In this document: piece by piece, positions 1 through 11,200 of the stretch
How positions within the stretch are numbered: position 1 is the first letter of the stretch
How the letters are laid out: the number at the start of each line of letters is the position of its first letter
NCBI GenBank assembly: GCA_964347025.1
Contig: CAYFWU010000002.1
Span: 5,187-69,186 of the forward strand
DNA: 64,000 nucleotides
DNA from: an uncultured archaeon
GTDB lineage: Archaea > Aenigmatarchaeota > Aenigmatarchaeia > QMZP01 > QMZT01
Direction: 5' to 3'
Position numbers and translations under genes: made by a program
The notes under the pieces: model-generated
Seen by the model: only the letters and a program-made list of their open reading frames with translations
The model's database searches: none
Told to the model about the DNA's origin: nothing

Positions 1-1046
1 CACCTCGCTGGGATGGCCTTCGGCCGCCGCTAGGTTTACGAGCCTCCCCTCTGCCAGAAGGTAGATCTTCCTCCCGTCCCTTAACGTGTATTCCTCAACG
101 TTGTCCCTTATGGTTTTCTTATCCTTGGATATGGATTCAAGTTCCGGTATGTTTATCTCCACATCGAAGTGACCTGAATTAGCTATTATCGCTCCTGATT
201 TCATAGAGGCTACGTGTTTTCCGTTGATCACGCCTTTATCTCCCGTGGCAGAAACAAATATGTCGCCTACCTCAGACGCTTTACTCATGGGCATTACAGA
301 AAAGCCATCCATCACAGCCTCCAGCGCCTTCAAAGGGTCGACTTCCGTTACTATCACGTTCGCTCCCATACCCTTTGCTCGCATTGCTATTCCTCTTGCG
401 CACCAACCGTAGCCGGCAACTACAAAGTTCTTTCCGGCTATGAGAACAGATGTGGAACGAAGGATGCCATCTATGGTTGACTGACCTGTTCCATAACGAT
501 TGTCGAAAAGGTATTTTGTATATGCATCGTTAATCGCTATTATAGGGTATTTGAGAACGTTGTCATCTTCCATCGCCCGGAAACGGATCACACCGGTCGT
601 TGTCTCTTCTGTCCCTGCAATTATGTTCTTCAGCAGATCTTCCCTCTTTTCGTGTATTCTCGTAACCAGATCCCCGCCATCATCCATCGTGATGTTGGGG
701 TTGAAATCCAAGACGCTGTCTATACACCAGTAGTAATCCTTGTTGTTCACGCCTCTCCAGGCGAAAACACTTATTCCATCCCTGACCAGGGCAGCAGCAA
801 CATCATCCTGCGTACTCAAAGGATTGGAGCCGCATAGAGCTACCTTCGCCCCTCCTGTCTTCAGTGTTTTCATCAGAACAGCAGTCTCCTTGGTCACGTG
901 CAGACAGCAAGCGATCGTTACCCCCTTCAGGGGTTTCTCCTTCTCAAAACTTTTTCTTATGTTCATGAGAACAGGCATGTGATCCTCTGCCCATTTAATT
1001 TTCATCTCTCCTTCCTTCGCAAGCTTCATATCCTTTACCTTGCTCA
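1..1046 (-). CDS. ahcY: S-adenosyl-L-homocysteine hydrolase; the C-terminus runs off the window
   Basis: Absent from the ORF track because the frame is open at the window edge. My translation from the ATG (revcomp of cat at 1044-1046) reads [42 protein letters not shown]...GTEETTTGV...[20 protein letters not shown]...[13 protein letters not shown]...SGHFDVEI...[19 protein letters not shown]. These are the adenosylhomocysteinase hallmarks as I remember them. Confidence 0.9.
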
Positions 1047-1106
1047 TAATCTCACCTCTTGAAAATGAATTTTTACATTTTAGTTTAAAAATATAAATAT
1101 ATAAGT

Positions 1107-2138
1107 ATGTTGAGACAGACGAAGGAAATGCTGGAGGCATTGAAGAAAAAGGAATCATACGATGAGCCTGTAAAGGAAATACGAATGATCCAGACACACA
1201 TCTCCTGGGTGTTTCTTACAGGTAATTTTGTTTACAAGATCAAAAAACCAGTGGACTTCGGGTTCCTTGATTTCACAACTTTGGATAAGCGTAAGAAATT
1301 CTGCAAGAAAGAGGTTGAAATCAATCGTATGTTCTCGCCCGAGGTATACCTAGACTTCGTACCTGTAAACAAGTTTGAAAACTATTCGATAAAAATAAAC
1401 GGCCCGGGAGAGACGATAGATTATGCAGTTAAGATGAAACAGCTTCCCCAGGAATTGCTCATGGACAAACTGCTGGATAAAAATCAGGTCGAAACCAAAG
1501 ACATAGAAAGGATTGTTGATATCCTTGTTAAGTTCTATTCAAAAACCCAGACCTTTCGTGATCCCCATTCGATCGGTTCTCTGGAAACAGTTAAATTCAA
1601 CTGGAATGAGAACTTCAAACAAACCAATCAATTCATAGGAAATACAATAGAGAAAGAAACATTTGAAACCATAAAAGGCAGAATAGAAAATTTCATGGAC
1701 AAGAACAAGGATCTTTTCGAAAAGCGATTGAAAGAGGGATTCATAAAATGGTGTCACGGGGACCTTCACTCGGGAAATATATTCATAATTGACGAAAAGG
1801 TCTACATATTTGACGCAATAGAGTTCAACGAACGCTTCGCAATTTCGGACGTGGCTAGCGATATTGCCTTTCTCTCAATGGATCTGGAGTTCAGAAAAAG
1901 GAAATACCTGTCCGAATACCTGATCAGAAAATACGTGGAAGACACCGGTGATGTTGATCTGGAAAAACTTCTGGATTTCTACAGATGTTATCGGGCGTAT
2001 GTCAGGGGGAAGGTGGTAAGCTTCCGGATAAACGACCCGAACATACCTGATCATGAAAAGAAGGAAGCGATTGACACAGCCAAGATATATTTCCAGCTGG
2101 CTAGGGAGTATGCCAAAAACCTACCAGATCACCAATAG
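1107..2138 (+). CDS. Aminoglycoside-phosphotransferase/choline-kinase-fold kinase (COG2187-like, kinase half only)
   Basis: 343-aa ORF. It has [29 protein letters not shown] and a catalytic-loop-like [11 protein letters not shown] followed by IFDAIEF, which is the APH-type HxDxxxxN...D pattern. Confidence 0.6.
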   Translation: MLRQTKEMLEALKKKESYDEPVKEIRMIQTHISWVFLTGNFVYKIKKPVDFGFLDFTTLDKRKKFCKKEVEINRMFSPEVYLDFVPVNKFENYSIKINGPGETIDYAVKMKQLPQELLMDKLLDKNQVETKDIERIVDILVKFYSKTQTFRDPHSIGSLETVKFNWNENFKQTNQFIGNTIEKETFETIKGRIENFMDKNKDLFEKRLKEGFIKWCHGDLHSGNIFIIDEKVYIFDAIEFNERFAISDVASDIAFLSMDLEFRKRKYLSEYLIRKYVEDTGDVDLEKLLDFYRCYRAYVRGKVVSFRINDPNIPDHEKKEAIDTAKIYFQLAREYAKNLPDHQ

Positions 2139-3126
2139 ATTCCATGCCCTGCTCATCCAATTTTTCAGACAGATGTTTGTTTATCCCTTTCGCAAGAAAT
2201 GGTCCCTTTGTCACAAAACCTGTCACGTAAGATACACATGTAGCTCCCCTAACGATTGCTTCGTAGGCTTTCTCCGGGCTGTCGATCCCCCCTGTTGCTA
2301 TTATCTTCAAATATCTTCCAAACTTGTCGTATATTCTTTCGACATTCATAAGCACGTTCTCATATAAATTGGGCCCACTCAGTCCTCCGGAGCCTATGGA
2401 CAGGCGTTCGTCTTTAAATGATCTGGTATTCCCGAAATTAACGACATCTATTCCCGAATCAACCGCATAAGGTATTATTCGCTTGTAATTGTTTTCTTCA
2501 AATTCTTTGTCTGGAGACAGCTTTATGATTATTGGCTTTTCTGTTAGGTTTCTGCTTTCCCTGAAAAGATCCTTCACCTTCTCAGGATATTTGCTGAAAT
2601 TCATACCGTTTTCTGTATTCGGGCAGGAGATATTCAGTTCGAACATATCTGCATAATTTTCTAGTCCGGAGACAACATCCAGGTATTCGTTTTTGTTATC
2701 ACCTGTTATATTCAGTATGATCGGCTTTTTTCTCCTGTGAGATTTCAGGAATTTTTTATATCCCTCCATACCCAGGTTCTCAAATCCGACACAGTTAACA
2801 AAGCCCTCACCTCTCCTGACGATCGTGGGTTCACGATTCCCCTTCTTTGGATATTTCGTCACCTTTAGCGTCACCCCTCCGAAGCCAAGCCTCATGGCTT
2901 TCTTTATTATGTGAGGTTCGTGATAGCAGGCGGAAAGGATAACAAGATTGGGAAGTTCGCAGTTGCCGATTTTTGTAAGAAGCCTCCCATCATCAGTTTC
3001 ATATCTTCCTAGGAATTCTATTGGAAACCTCAGAAAACTTCTTCCTAAATTTATAGCATAATCCTCAGGAAATTTTGAAAGAAAACCAGAATATAATTTT
3101 TCATACGCGTTTCTTTTTAGGGACAA
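2101..3126 (-). CDS. Dihydroorotate dehydrogenase family protein (class 1-like, Cys active site)
   Basis: 341 aa. Motifs: GFGGVTLKVTKYPKKGNREP, VNCVGFENLG, ELNISCPNT, GGLSGPNL, IIATGGIDSPEKAYEAIVRGA. The 3' end overlaps the convergent kinase gene by 38 bp. Confidence 0.7.
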   Translation of the reverse strand: MSLKRNAYEKLYSGFLSKFPEDYAINLGRSFLRFPIEFLGRYETDDGRLLTKIGNCELPNLVILSACYHEPHIIKKAMRLGFGGVTLKVTKYPKKGNREPTIVRRGEGFVNCVGFENLGMEGYKKFLKSHRRKKPIILNITGDNKNEYLDVVSGLENYADMFELNISCPNTENGMNFSKYPEKVKDLFRESRNLTEKPIIIKLSPDKEFEENNYKRIIPYAVDSGIDVVNFGNTRSFKDERLSIGSGGLSGPNLYENVLMNVERIYDKFGRYLKIIATGGIDSPEKAYEAIVRGATCVSYVTGFVTKGPFLAKGINKHLSEKLDEQGMESIGDLVGFWHTP

Positions 3127-3213
3127 TTCAACCCATCTCTAATTGTCCGCAAAAACTTTTATGGTTCACCATATTAGTTTATAAATTTCTGAAAACAATA
3201 ATAGAATGGGTTT

Positions 3214-3525
3214 TTATTTTTTCTTTTTCTTCAGACTGAATGATTCCTCACCGTATAGTGTTTGTTCATACAGTTCAGGATATTTTTCCAGTAGTTTCAT
3301 TCCATTTAAATTGGGATCGCCTATTTCCCAGACATATGAATTCTTTTTTTTGTCAAAGCCCTTTTTTATGAATCCCGCTTTCTCCAGAACAATCATGTTT
3401 GAAACGAGATTTTCCAGATTTCTTGGAGATTTATCAGCGACGTGATTTATGATCTCGTTTGTAGTGACAGGCCTATCTTGCTTGGTAATGATATCCTTCA
3501 AAAGGTTTAACGTTATTATTGGCAT
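3214..3525 (-). CDS. Small winged-helix-like DNA-binding protein (hypothetical)
   Basis: 103 aa. The TTNEIINHVADKSPRNLENLVSNMIVLEKAGFIKK segment looks like the recognition helix plus wing of a wHTH. The tail is lysine-rich. The antisense ORF 3206-3445 is low-complexity. Confidence 0.45.
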   Translation of the reverse strand: MPIITLNLLKDIITKQDRPVTTNEIINHVADKSPRNLENLVSNMIVLEKAGFIKKGFDKKKNSYVWEIGDPNLNGMKLLEKYPELYEQTLYGEESFSLKKKKK

Positions 3526-3544
3526 TTGACCACTCCATTAAATT

Positions 3545-4261
3545 TCAAGAGAGCTTGAAGTAAACCCTTCGGTTGTCCTTCCCTTTGTTCTCAGCCTTGA
3601 GGAATTCGATCTTTCCGATCTCCTTCGTTGATTTAACGTGCGTCCCGCCGTCAGCTTCCTTCACAAGACCCACGATATCAACGAGCCTTATGGTTTCAAC
3701 AGAAGGCGGAAGGACATTCGCGAGTTTGAAAAGGCTTTCATCCTTCAGAGCTTCCTCTCTTTTCATGTAGGACACGCGGATGGGAAGGTCCTTGTTTATG
3801 TAGTCGTTCGAGATCTTTACGTATTCGATCAGCTTTTCCTTGTCAAAATTTTCCAGATTCAGGTCAATCCTCGAATGTTCGAGACCCAGCTGGTTCCCTG
3901 TTATCAGAGCGCCCGTTTCCTTCTCTATAATCCCGCTGAGAACATGTGCTGCCGTGTGCATGCGCATGAGTAAATATCGTCTATCCCAGTTTATCACTCC
4001 CTTCACGACATCTCCTTCCTTCAAGCCTTCCTTGGAAACCTCGTGCGAAATCTTCCCTGAGAACTTTCCTACATATACAACCGGATACTCAACTCCATCC
4101 TTTATCATCTTCCCGGTGTCGTAAGGTTGGCCACCGGAATCAGGGTAGAAAGCCGTCCTGTCCAACACAACGAAGAACTTCTTCTCCCCACCCTTGGTTA
4201 CACTAACGACCTTTGCCTCGAATTCCTTCAGATACGAATCGTCCATGTAGAGAGCGTTCAT
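3545..4261 (-). CDS. alaX: Alanyl-tRNA editing protein AlaX (AlaX-M type)
   Basis: 238 aa. It has the zinc-binding HTAAHVL and GGTHV motifs of the Thr/Ala-tRNA synthetase second additional domain. Confidence 0.85.
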   Translation of the reverse strand: MNALYMDDSYLKEFEAKVVSVTKGGEKKFFVVLDRTAFYPDSGGQPYDTGKMIKDGVEYPVVYVGKFSGKISHEVSKEGLKEGDVVKGVINWDRRYLLMRMHTAAHVLSGIIEKETGALITGNQLGLEHSRIDLNLENFDKEKLIEYVKISNDYINKDLPIRVSYMKREEALKDESLFKLANVLPPSVETIRLVDIVGLVKEADGGTHVKSTKEIGKIEFLKAENKGKDNRRVYFKLS

Positions 4262-4263
4262 AA

Positions 4264-4359
4264 TAGCGGGAGGTGGAGACTCACCTCCCGAAGGAAGTTT
4301 TGAACCACCGACCTCTGGGTTATGGGCCCAGCGAGCACTCCAGGCTGCTCCATCCCGCT
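4264..4359 (-). tRNA. tRNA-Met(CAT), initiator-like, with a ~21-nt intron in the T-loop
   Basis: Revcomp reads AGCGGGA TG GAGC AGCCTGGAGT GCTC G CTGGG CCCATAA CCCAG AGGTC GGTGG TTCAAA[ACTTCCTTCGGGAGGTGAGTC]T CCACC TCCCGCT A. It has an A1:U72 pair and three G:C pairs closing the anticodon stem, which are archaeal initiator features. Position 33 is C. The gene is 96 nt, against 75 nt once the insert at plus-strand 4278-4298 is removed. Confidence 0.85.
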
Positions 4360-4445
4360 ATACCATTTGGATTGTTTTTAATTTCTATAAATTTAAATGA
4401 AACGTTTGTTATATAAGATTTGTTATTTTTGAATTTTTACTCAAA

Positions 4446-4628
4446 TCATACCAGAACGTAGATGAAAGGTGAAATAGGGGATGCTGTACTTATGAATATA
4501 AGAACGCTTACAAACAGGAGCATAAGTATTATGGGGAGCAACCACCATTTCTTGTTAACCTTCATGAAGTCCCAGAGATCTATGAGCAGGTAGAATCTCC
4601 TTCTGAAGGATGAAACCTTTCCTTGCAT
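4446..4628 (-). CDS. DUF5989-like small membrane protein (carbamoyltransferase-associated)
   Basis: 60 aa. LIDLWDFMKVNKKWWLLPIILMLLFVSVLIFISTASPISPFIYVLV matches my memory of the DUF5989 pattern (..LWxFLKxRKKxWLxPIIL.....APFIYxLF). Confidence 0.65.
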   Translation of the reverse strand: MQGKVSSFRRRFYLLIDLWDFMKVNKKWWLLPIILMLLFVSVLIFISTASPISPFIYVLV

Positions 4629-4664
4629 AACCTCAATTTAAATTTAATTTTATTATATTTATTT

Positions 4665-4898
4665 ATGATTCGGGACAGCAAATTTTTCAGATATCTTATA
4701 AGGGCTAGCAACTTTATTTCCTCTGCCGTAAACACGGTTCTCCTTTCAATCGTCTACTTCGTGGGGATAGGATTAACCTCTTTAATAGGAAAGGCCTTCA
4801 GGAAAAAATTTTTGGATACAGGGAAGACTGAGGCAAAAACATACTGGATCCAATACAAAGGAAAAAAATCCAAGGAATCTTACTACAGAACATTTTAG
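4665..4898 (+). CDS. SxtJ-like small membrane protein (short form)
   Basis: The track ORF begins at a TTG (4623); I prefer the ATG at 4665. VLLSIVYFVGIGLTSLIGKAFRKKFLDTGKTEAKTYW resembles the C-terminal hairpin of SxtJ-family proteins that accompany NodU/CmcH carbamoyltransferases. Confidence 0.5.
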   Translation: MIRDSKFFRYLIRASNFISSAVNTVLLSIVYFVGIGLTSLIGKAFRKKFLDTGKTEAKTYWIQYKGKKSKESYYRTF

Positions 4899-4906
4899 GT
4901 GTTTAA

Positions 4907-6592
4907 ATGAATATACTCGGAATTTCGTGCTATTATCATGATTCTGCAGCCTGCCTGATAAAAGATGGAAAGGTTGCTGCTGCAGCCCATGAAGAGAGGT
5001 TCTCAAGAATCAAGCATGACGAAGACTTTCCAATAAATGCAATCAACTATTGTCTCTCCGAGGGCGGGATTTCTATTGAGGACGTAGATTACATAGGATT
5101 TTATGAGAAACCCATTTTAAAATTCGACAGGGTCCTCAGCCAGTATCTTGAGACATTCCCCAGATCATTTGGAATGTTCATAAAAACAATGCCTTCGTGG
5201 CTGACGGAAAAGTTAAAGGTCCCATCCATAATAAGGAAGAAACTGAAGTACGAAGGTGATATACTTTTCATAGAGCATCATTTAGCGCATGCAGCTTCTG
5301 CCTATATGGTTTCCCCTTTCAAAAAGGCTGCCATCCTAACGATCGATGCAATCGGAGAGTGGACATCAACATCCCTTGGTCTTGGAGAGGGGAATGAAAT
5401 AACCCTGCTAAAGGAGATAAGGTTCCCGCATTCCATAGGCCTGTTCTACAGCACCATAACAGCGTATCTCGGATTCAGGGTGAACAATGACGAATACAAG
5501 GTTATGGGCCTCTCCGCATACGGGAAACCAACATACTACGAAAGGTTTAAGGAAATTATTGATATCAAGGAAGATGGAAGCTTTCGCTTGGACATGTCCT
5601 ATTTCGATTACCACCGAAGATTCCAGATGCCCAGCAAAAAATTTACAGAGGAATTCGGGTCTGCCAGGATTCCTGAATCAAAGATAGAACAGAAACACAT
5701 GGACATCGCTGCTTCCTTACAGAAAATAACAGAGGAGATTTTGTTCAAAATGCTGAACCACCTCTATGACTTAACGAAAACAGACAATCTCTGCATGGCC
5801 GGGGGAGTCGCGCTGAACAGCGTTGCGAACGGGAAGATAACCAAGAACACTCCTTTCAAGAAGGTATATGTTCAACCAGCCTCCACAGATGCTGGAACGA
5901 GTATGGGTGTCGCTTTCTTCATACACAATTCCATATTAGGGAAGGATAGGAAATACGTGCTTAACTCCGCTTTTCTGGGGCCTTCGTTTTCTGAAGATCA
6001 GATAAGAGAATTCCTGGATAAAAACAACATTCCCTATCAGGAATTTAAGGATGATAAAGATCTCGCTAGAAAGACAGCAGAGCTTATACACAAGGACAAG
6101 ATAATAGGATGGTTTCAGGGAAGGATGGAATGGGGTCCTCGAGCGCTAGGAAACAGGAGCATACTTGCGAACCCCTGCAATCCGAATACGAAGGATATCC
6201 TAAACAGGAAGGTAAAGCACAGGGAATGGTTCAGGCCTTTCGCTCCTGTTGTCCCGCTTGAAGACGCGAAGAGGTATTTTGATACGGATATGCCTGTTCC
6301 CTACATGACCATGGTTTACCCTGTCAAGGAGGAAAAAAGGAAATTCTTACCCTCAATTACGCACGTGGATGGTTCGGGGAGACTGCAGACGATAGAGAGG
6401 GAAAGGAATTCTCTCTACTACGATGTTATAAGGGAATTCGAGAAGCTCAGCGGATTCCCTGTTGTGATAAACACCTCTTTCAACGTCAGGGGCGAACCCA
6501 TTGTCTGCTCTCCTGAGGACGCTTACAATTGCTTCAAGGGAACAGGGATAGATCACCTGGTTATGGGCAAATTTCTGATCTCAAAAATTTAA
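4907..6592 (+). CDS. Carbamoyltransferase, NodU/CmcH family
   Basis: 561 aa. It has the family-typical N-terminus MNILGISCYYHDSAACLIKDGKVAAAAHEERFSRIKHD, plus HHLAHAASAY, GGVALNSVANG and the C-terminal NTSFNVRGEPIV. Confidence 0.9.
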   Translation: MNILGISCYYHDSAACLIKDGKVAAAAHEERFSRIKHDEDFPINAINYCLSEGGISIEDVDYIGFYEKPILKFDRVLSQYLETFPRSFGMFIKTMPSWLTEKLKVPSIIRKKLKYEGDILFIEHHLAHAASAYMVSPFKKAAILTIDAIGEWTSTSLGLGEGNEITLLKEIRFPHSIGLFYSTITAYLGFRVNNDEYKVMGLSAYGKPTYYERFKEIIDIKEDGSFRLDMSYFDYHRRFQMPSKKFTEEFGSARIPESKIEQKHMDIAASLQKITEEILFKMLNHLYDLTKTDNLCMAGGVALNSVANGKITKNTPFKKVYVQPASTDAGTSMGVAFFIHNSILGKDRKYVLNSAFLGPSFSEDQIREFLDKNNIPYQEFKDDKDLARKTAELIHKDKIIGWFQGRMEWGPRALGNRSILANPCNPNTKDILNRKVKHREWFRPFAPVVPLEDAKRYFDTDMPVPYMTMVYPVKEEKRKFLPSITHVDGSGRLQTIERERNSLYYDVIREFEKLSGFPVVINTSFNVRGEPIVCSPEDAYNCFKGTGIDHLVMGKFLISKI

Positions 6593-6617
6593 ACTAACAA
6601 ATATAATTATCTAACAG

Positions 6618-6923
6618 GTGTTTTGCTTGGAAGAGACAAACGATGATATCCTTATAACTGATATAATAAGGAAGGTCAGGGAAGAACTGAAAAACCTGGA
6701 GCTTGAGAAGAGTGCGGTGATGAACTCCTTGAAAGAAGTAAGCACAGAGATAAAGACCATAGACAGGAGAGAGGTGGAGCTGCGGGTTAGGATAAAGGAT
6801 CTCGTAAAAAAGGAATCAGAACTGAGCAAAAGAAAGTTCAAGCTTGAAAAAAGGCTTGAGGACATAAGGAAGAAACTAACAAAGGTAACAGAGGCTCGAA
6901 AATCAATCGCGCAGGCCTTCTGA
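6618..6923 (+). CDS. Coiled-coil protein (hypothetical)
   Basis: 101 aa with a GTG start. The K/E/L heptad-like composition is preferred over the antisense S/L/F low-complexity ORF 6611-6865. Confidence 0.45.
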   Translation: MFCLEETNDDILITDIIRKVREELKNLELEKSAVMNSLKEVSTEIKTIDRREVELRVRIKDLVKKESELSKRKFKLEKRLEDIRKKLTKVTEARKSIAQAF

Positions 6924-6925
6924 TT

Positions 6926-7423
6926 CTAAAAAATCTGCCAGTGAAGTAGGTCTTTAAGATCCTTCTTATCATGAGGTTTCGGATTCTTCTCAAAATATCC
7001 CAGAGGCAGGAAGCATACTATTTCTAGATTTTCAGGGATATTCAAGAGTTCCCTTACATCTCCTGTATCCTTCCCCAGCGCCGCGACGTAACATGATCCT
7101 ATCCCCAAGCTCTTAGCTGCAAGTATCATGTTCTCCGTTGCTAGACAGCAGTCCTCTTTAAACCTCTTCACTTCCTTGTCACCGCATACAACTATGCAGG
7201 CAGACGAATCCTTTATGAAATCCCCCCACTCGACCTGCTCGGCTATTTTCTTTAGCTTCGCCTTATCCGTTACCACAATGAATGCCCAGGGCTGGATGTT
7301 CTTTGCGGAGGGAGCGAGTCTCCCGCAGTCAACGATTTCTTCCAGGATTTTCATGTCAACATGCCTGTCCGTATACTCACGAATGCTCCTTCTGTCCTTA
7401 ATGAGGTTGATGAATTTGTTCAT
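6926..7423 (-). CDS. Nitroreductase family protein
   Basis: 165 aa. Motifs: RRSIREYTD, APSAKNIQPW, and a C-terminal region typical of small FMN nitroreductases. Confidence 0.8.
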   Translation of the reverse strand: MNKFINLIKDRRSIREYTDRHVDMKILEEIVDCGRLAPSAKNIQPWAFIVVTDKAKLKKIAEQVEWGDFIKDSSACIVVCGDKEVKRFKEDCCLATENMILAAKSLGIGSCYVAALGKDTGDVRELLNIPENLEIVCFLPLGYFEKNPKPHDKKDLKDLLHWQIF

Positions 7424-7445
7424 ACTAAAAAATTAGTCTTCCGAT

Positions 7446-8264
7446 TTAAAGATTTTCCTTCATATATCTGACTGCATTTCTGAAAATTTTTATTCCATCC
7501 CCCTCTTCTGGGACAGGCCCTCCATTTCTTTTCAGTTCACTTTTTATTCTTGTCCAATGCGGGTGGTTTGTGAAGTCATTATAGGCTTCCGGGTGAGGCA
7601 TCATTCCGAATATCCTTCCTGTCGGATCACATATGCCTGCGACATCATGTAATGATCCGTTTGGGTTATGAGGCCATTTGCCGTTCGCTGGCCTGCCTTC
7701 TCCATCCACATAATTCGCGACAACAAGATCATTTTCGTACAATTCTTTAAGTACATCATCAGAAGCAAAAAATTTGCCTCCACCGTGTCTTATAGGAAGA
7801 TACATGCCATCAATATCTCTGGTGAAAATACACGGAGAATCTTGATTGAATTTCAGGTAAACCCAATCATTTCTGAACCTGTTGGAATCGTTCTTGGTTA
7901 GCGTGACTTTCCTTTCGAATTTTTCACCAGTTCCCGGCAGAACGCCGAGCTTGACAAGGAACTGGAAACCATTGCATATGCCTATCATCGGTTTGCCGTC
8001 ACTGATAAACTTCTCAATATCTTCCATTGCCCTGTATTTAATATCCTTTGCTAACACGATTCCGGCGTCTATATCATCTCTATATGAGAAACCGCCTGGG
8101 AAAAACATGCAATCGTATTCATGAATTATTTTTGGGTTCCTTTTAACATCGGTTACATGAACTTCATATGTCAACGCTCCTGCCTTAGTGAAACTGTAAC
8201 CACTCTCTTTCTCGCAGTTTATCCCGTTTCCGCAAAGTATCATACAATTTGGTTTTCCTAACAC
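7446..8264 (-). CDS. purQ: Phosphoribosylformylglycinamidine synthase, glutaminase subunit
   Basis: 272 aa. It has the class I amidotransferase nucleophile elbow GICNGFQ and the MMPHPE histidine motif. It sits directly downstream of purL. Confidence 0.9.
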   Translation of the reverse strand: MLGKPNCMILCGNGINCEKESGYSFTKAGALTYEVHVTDVKRNPKIIHEYDCMFFPGGFSYRDDIDAGIVLAKDIKYRAMEDIEKFISDGKPMIGICNGFQFLVKLGVLPGTGEKFERKVTLTKNDSNRFRNDWVYLKFNQDSPCIFTRDIDGMYLPIRHGGGKFFASDDVLKELYENDLVVANYVDGEGRPANGKWPHNPNGSLHDVAGICDPTGRIFGMMPHPEAYNDFTNHPHWTRIKSELKRNGGPVPEEGDGIKIFRNAVRYMKENL

Positions 8265-8272
8265 ATGATCAC

Positions 8273-11200
8273 CTAAACCTCTCTGCTCTGCCAGGCAGCC
8301 TTCAAATGATTTATGTTTTCGTCTATCACGTAATTACCTCTACTCCCTTTAACCGTCATGTACGAATCCTCGGTAACCCTCCCAACGCATGCATAATTAC
8401 CTTTCATTGCCCTTTCGAATTCCCGCCTATTCTCAGGAGCAACAGTAACCACAAATCTGCTGTTGGATTCAGAGAATAGGAGGATGTCATCACTCTTTCT
8501 GGCTTTATGTGACGCCGGAACTTTCGACAAATCGACATGCGTGCCGTAACCTCCTGCGAACGAACTCTCTGCAAGGGCAACCGCTAATCCACCCTCAGAA
8601 CAGTCATGACATGATTCCACCAATTCCCTGCCCATCACATCGCTCACAGCCCTGTACATTTTCCTGGCTTTTCTGAGCCTTACCTTTGGAACTTTGTTCC
8701 CTGTTGAATTGTGAAGATTGTAATATTCAGACCCTCCCAACTCGTCATACGTCTTGCCAACAACGTATATGAAGTCTCCAGGGGATTTGAAATCCATAGT
8801 CACGGCTTTCCTAGAATCATCTATCTTACCGATTGCAGTCATGAGAAGAGACGGCTGTCCAGCTATTTTCCCCAATTTATTTCCATCTTTATCACATACA
8901 TTGTATCCTATACTCATGCTGTCCTTTCCGGATATGCACGGGGTTCCGAATCCCTTTGTGAATTTGTAAAGAGCCTTGTTTGCCCTGTCGAGCTGTGCCT
9001 CCTTATACTCGTCCCCTATGGGACTTGGCCAGCAGAAGTTGTCATTGAATGCAAGCCAGTCCAGGTTCCCCCCAACAGCTATCACGTTCCTTATACCTTC
9101 ATCTATCGCCGTTGCAGCCATCCAGTACGTGTCTATGTCGCTGTAGCTGGGTCTATGTCCGTGCGTCACTATCAAACCTTCCTTCGATTCCAGGTCAGGC
9201 CTTATGATCGAAGCGTCACTCGGTCCGTCATTATTTTTACCTACCAACGGTTTAACGACACTCCCGCCTTTGACTTCGTGATCATACTGTCTTATCGTCC
9301 ATTCCCTGCTGCAGATGTTCCAGCTTGACAGGAGTCCTGAAAGATCATCATCATACCTTTCCTTCCTTTCAATCTCCGGTTCCTTGTATTTCGGACGCTT
9401 CCAGTTCGCTGTCGCTTCCCATTGCGGAACCCCCTCGTGAACGAAATCCATGTCCAAGTAGGCAACTGTCTGATCCCCATATCTGACGTGAAATTTATCG
9501 GATTTGTTGAAATTACCTAAAATGGTTGCTTCCACTCCTCTCCTCTTTGCGAGTTCCAAAAACTTTCCCCTGTATTCCGGTTTAAGGACTACTGTCATTC
9601 TTTCTTGTGATTCCGAAACCATTATTTCCCAGGGGTCAAGGCCTGCATATTTCAAAGGAACTTTTTCCAGGTCTATTTCAAACCCTCCGGAAAGCCTAGC
9701 CATCTCGCCCACGGACGAGGAAAGTCCCCCTGCCCCATTATCTGTTAGTGTCCTAAAGTATCCGAGATCCCTGGCTTCCATGAGGAAGTCATACATTATT
9801 TTCTGCGTGTATGAATCCCCGATCTGGACAGCGGATGTCGGGGAACCTTCTCTCAAATCCTCAGAGGAGAAGGTAGCCCCGTGTATTCCGTCTTTTCCCA
9901 CCCTTCCTCCAACCATCACAACGTAATCTCCGTCAAGAACCTCTTTAACATGAGAAGGCTTACCGTTTATGTGAGGCGGTGATTTCGCCAGTGTGCCTAC
10001 ATGAACACATGGCTTGCCCAGGTAAGAATCATGAAAGTAGAAACCACCGCTTACGGTTGGTATACCGCTCTGGTTCCCCCCATCTTCCACACCCTGTCTC
10101 ACGCCCTCCTTGATTCTTGCAGGGTGGAGTATTTGCTGATTCTTGCTCTTGTAAGGCAGCTCTTTGCCGTAATCTGGCGGGGCAAAACAGAAGAAATCCG
10201 TATTTGCGAGCAGTTCCCCTCCCATCCCTGTTCCCATGGGGTCCCTGTTCACACCCACAATGCCCGTTATCGCTCCTCCGTAGGGATCCAGAGCAGAGGG
10301 AGCATTGTGGGTTTCTACCTTAAGTATGATATTCAGTTTGTCATTAAACCTTACGACACCTGCATTGTCAGTAAAGACAGAGACACAGAAATCTTTGTCA
10401 CCTTTCTTTTTCCTTATCTTTTCCGTCGCCCTTTGTATGTATGTTTTGTAAAGGCTGTCAATAATCCTGACAGGTATACCATACCGCTTGTAAAGAACCC
10501 GTTTGTTGAAGTTCTTATGCTTGCAGTGATCAGACCATGTTTGAGCCAAAACCTCTATTTCAGTATCTGTCGGACTTGCGGGAAGGCCATACTTCTTCCT
10601 TTCCTCCACCACATCAGGCCTGCTGAAATATTTACCAATGACCTTCATCTCCTTGAGGTTCAGCGACCATACGTTTTCATCACTGAGCCTCATGAGCTCT
10701 TCATCAGAAACATCGAGGTTTACATATCTCACCTGAGGTTTATGTTCACTCGTGACCTTCTTTACGTTGTAAGGCAAACCCTTTTTCCATCCCTGTGGAT
10801 CGAAGAGGGTTATGCTTTCTATCAAATCATTTGCAAGCAACTTGCGCGCGATTCTTTCCGCATCGTTTCTGGACAGATCACCTTTCAAGAAATATCTTCT
10901 TGAAGAATAGACGTTTTCACCCTCGGGAAACCCCTCACCACTTACATCCTCTATCGCTGTCCTTGCCGTATCTCCAACATTATCCTTGACCCCAGCTTTG
11001 TAACCAACCTCTATTCCGAAATCAAAATCACCCACATTAAGCTGCCTGTTTATTGAACTTGAGTGGACAACAGGATCCGCAAACAAATTTTCTTTCAGTT
11101 CCTCAAGCTGTCTCAAGGTCATTTCCCTGTCTATTGTATAGACGTTTGTACTTCTCACAGAATCAACATGAATTCCAAGGTTCCTCTTTATCCCCTCTCT

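Noticed and set aside
10001-10903. A 300-aa ORF on the plus strand inside purL, together with other long antisense ORFs: 8711-9328, 9504-9926, 14065-14886 opposite pcn, 16873-17409 opposite Trm-G10, and 49321-49821 opposite the GT2 gene.
   Set aside because: These are shadow frames of genes with clear family motifs on the other strand. Their products are low-complexity (S/L/F/P-rich) with no motifs.
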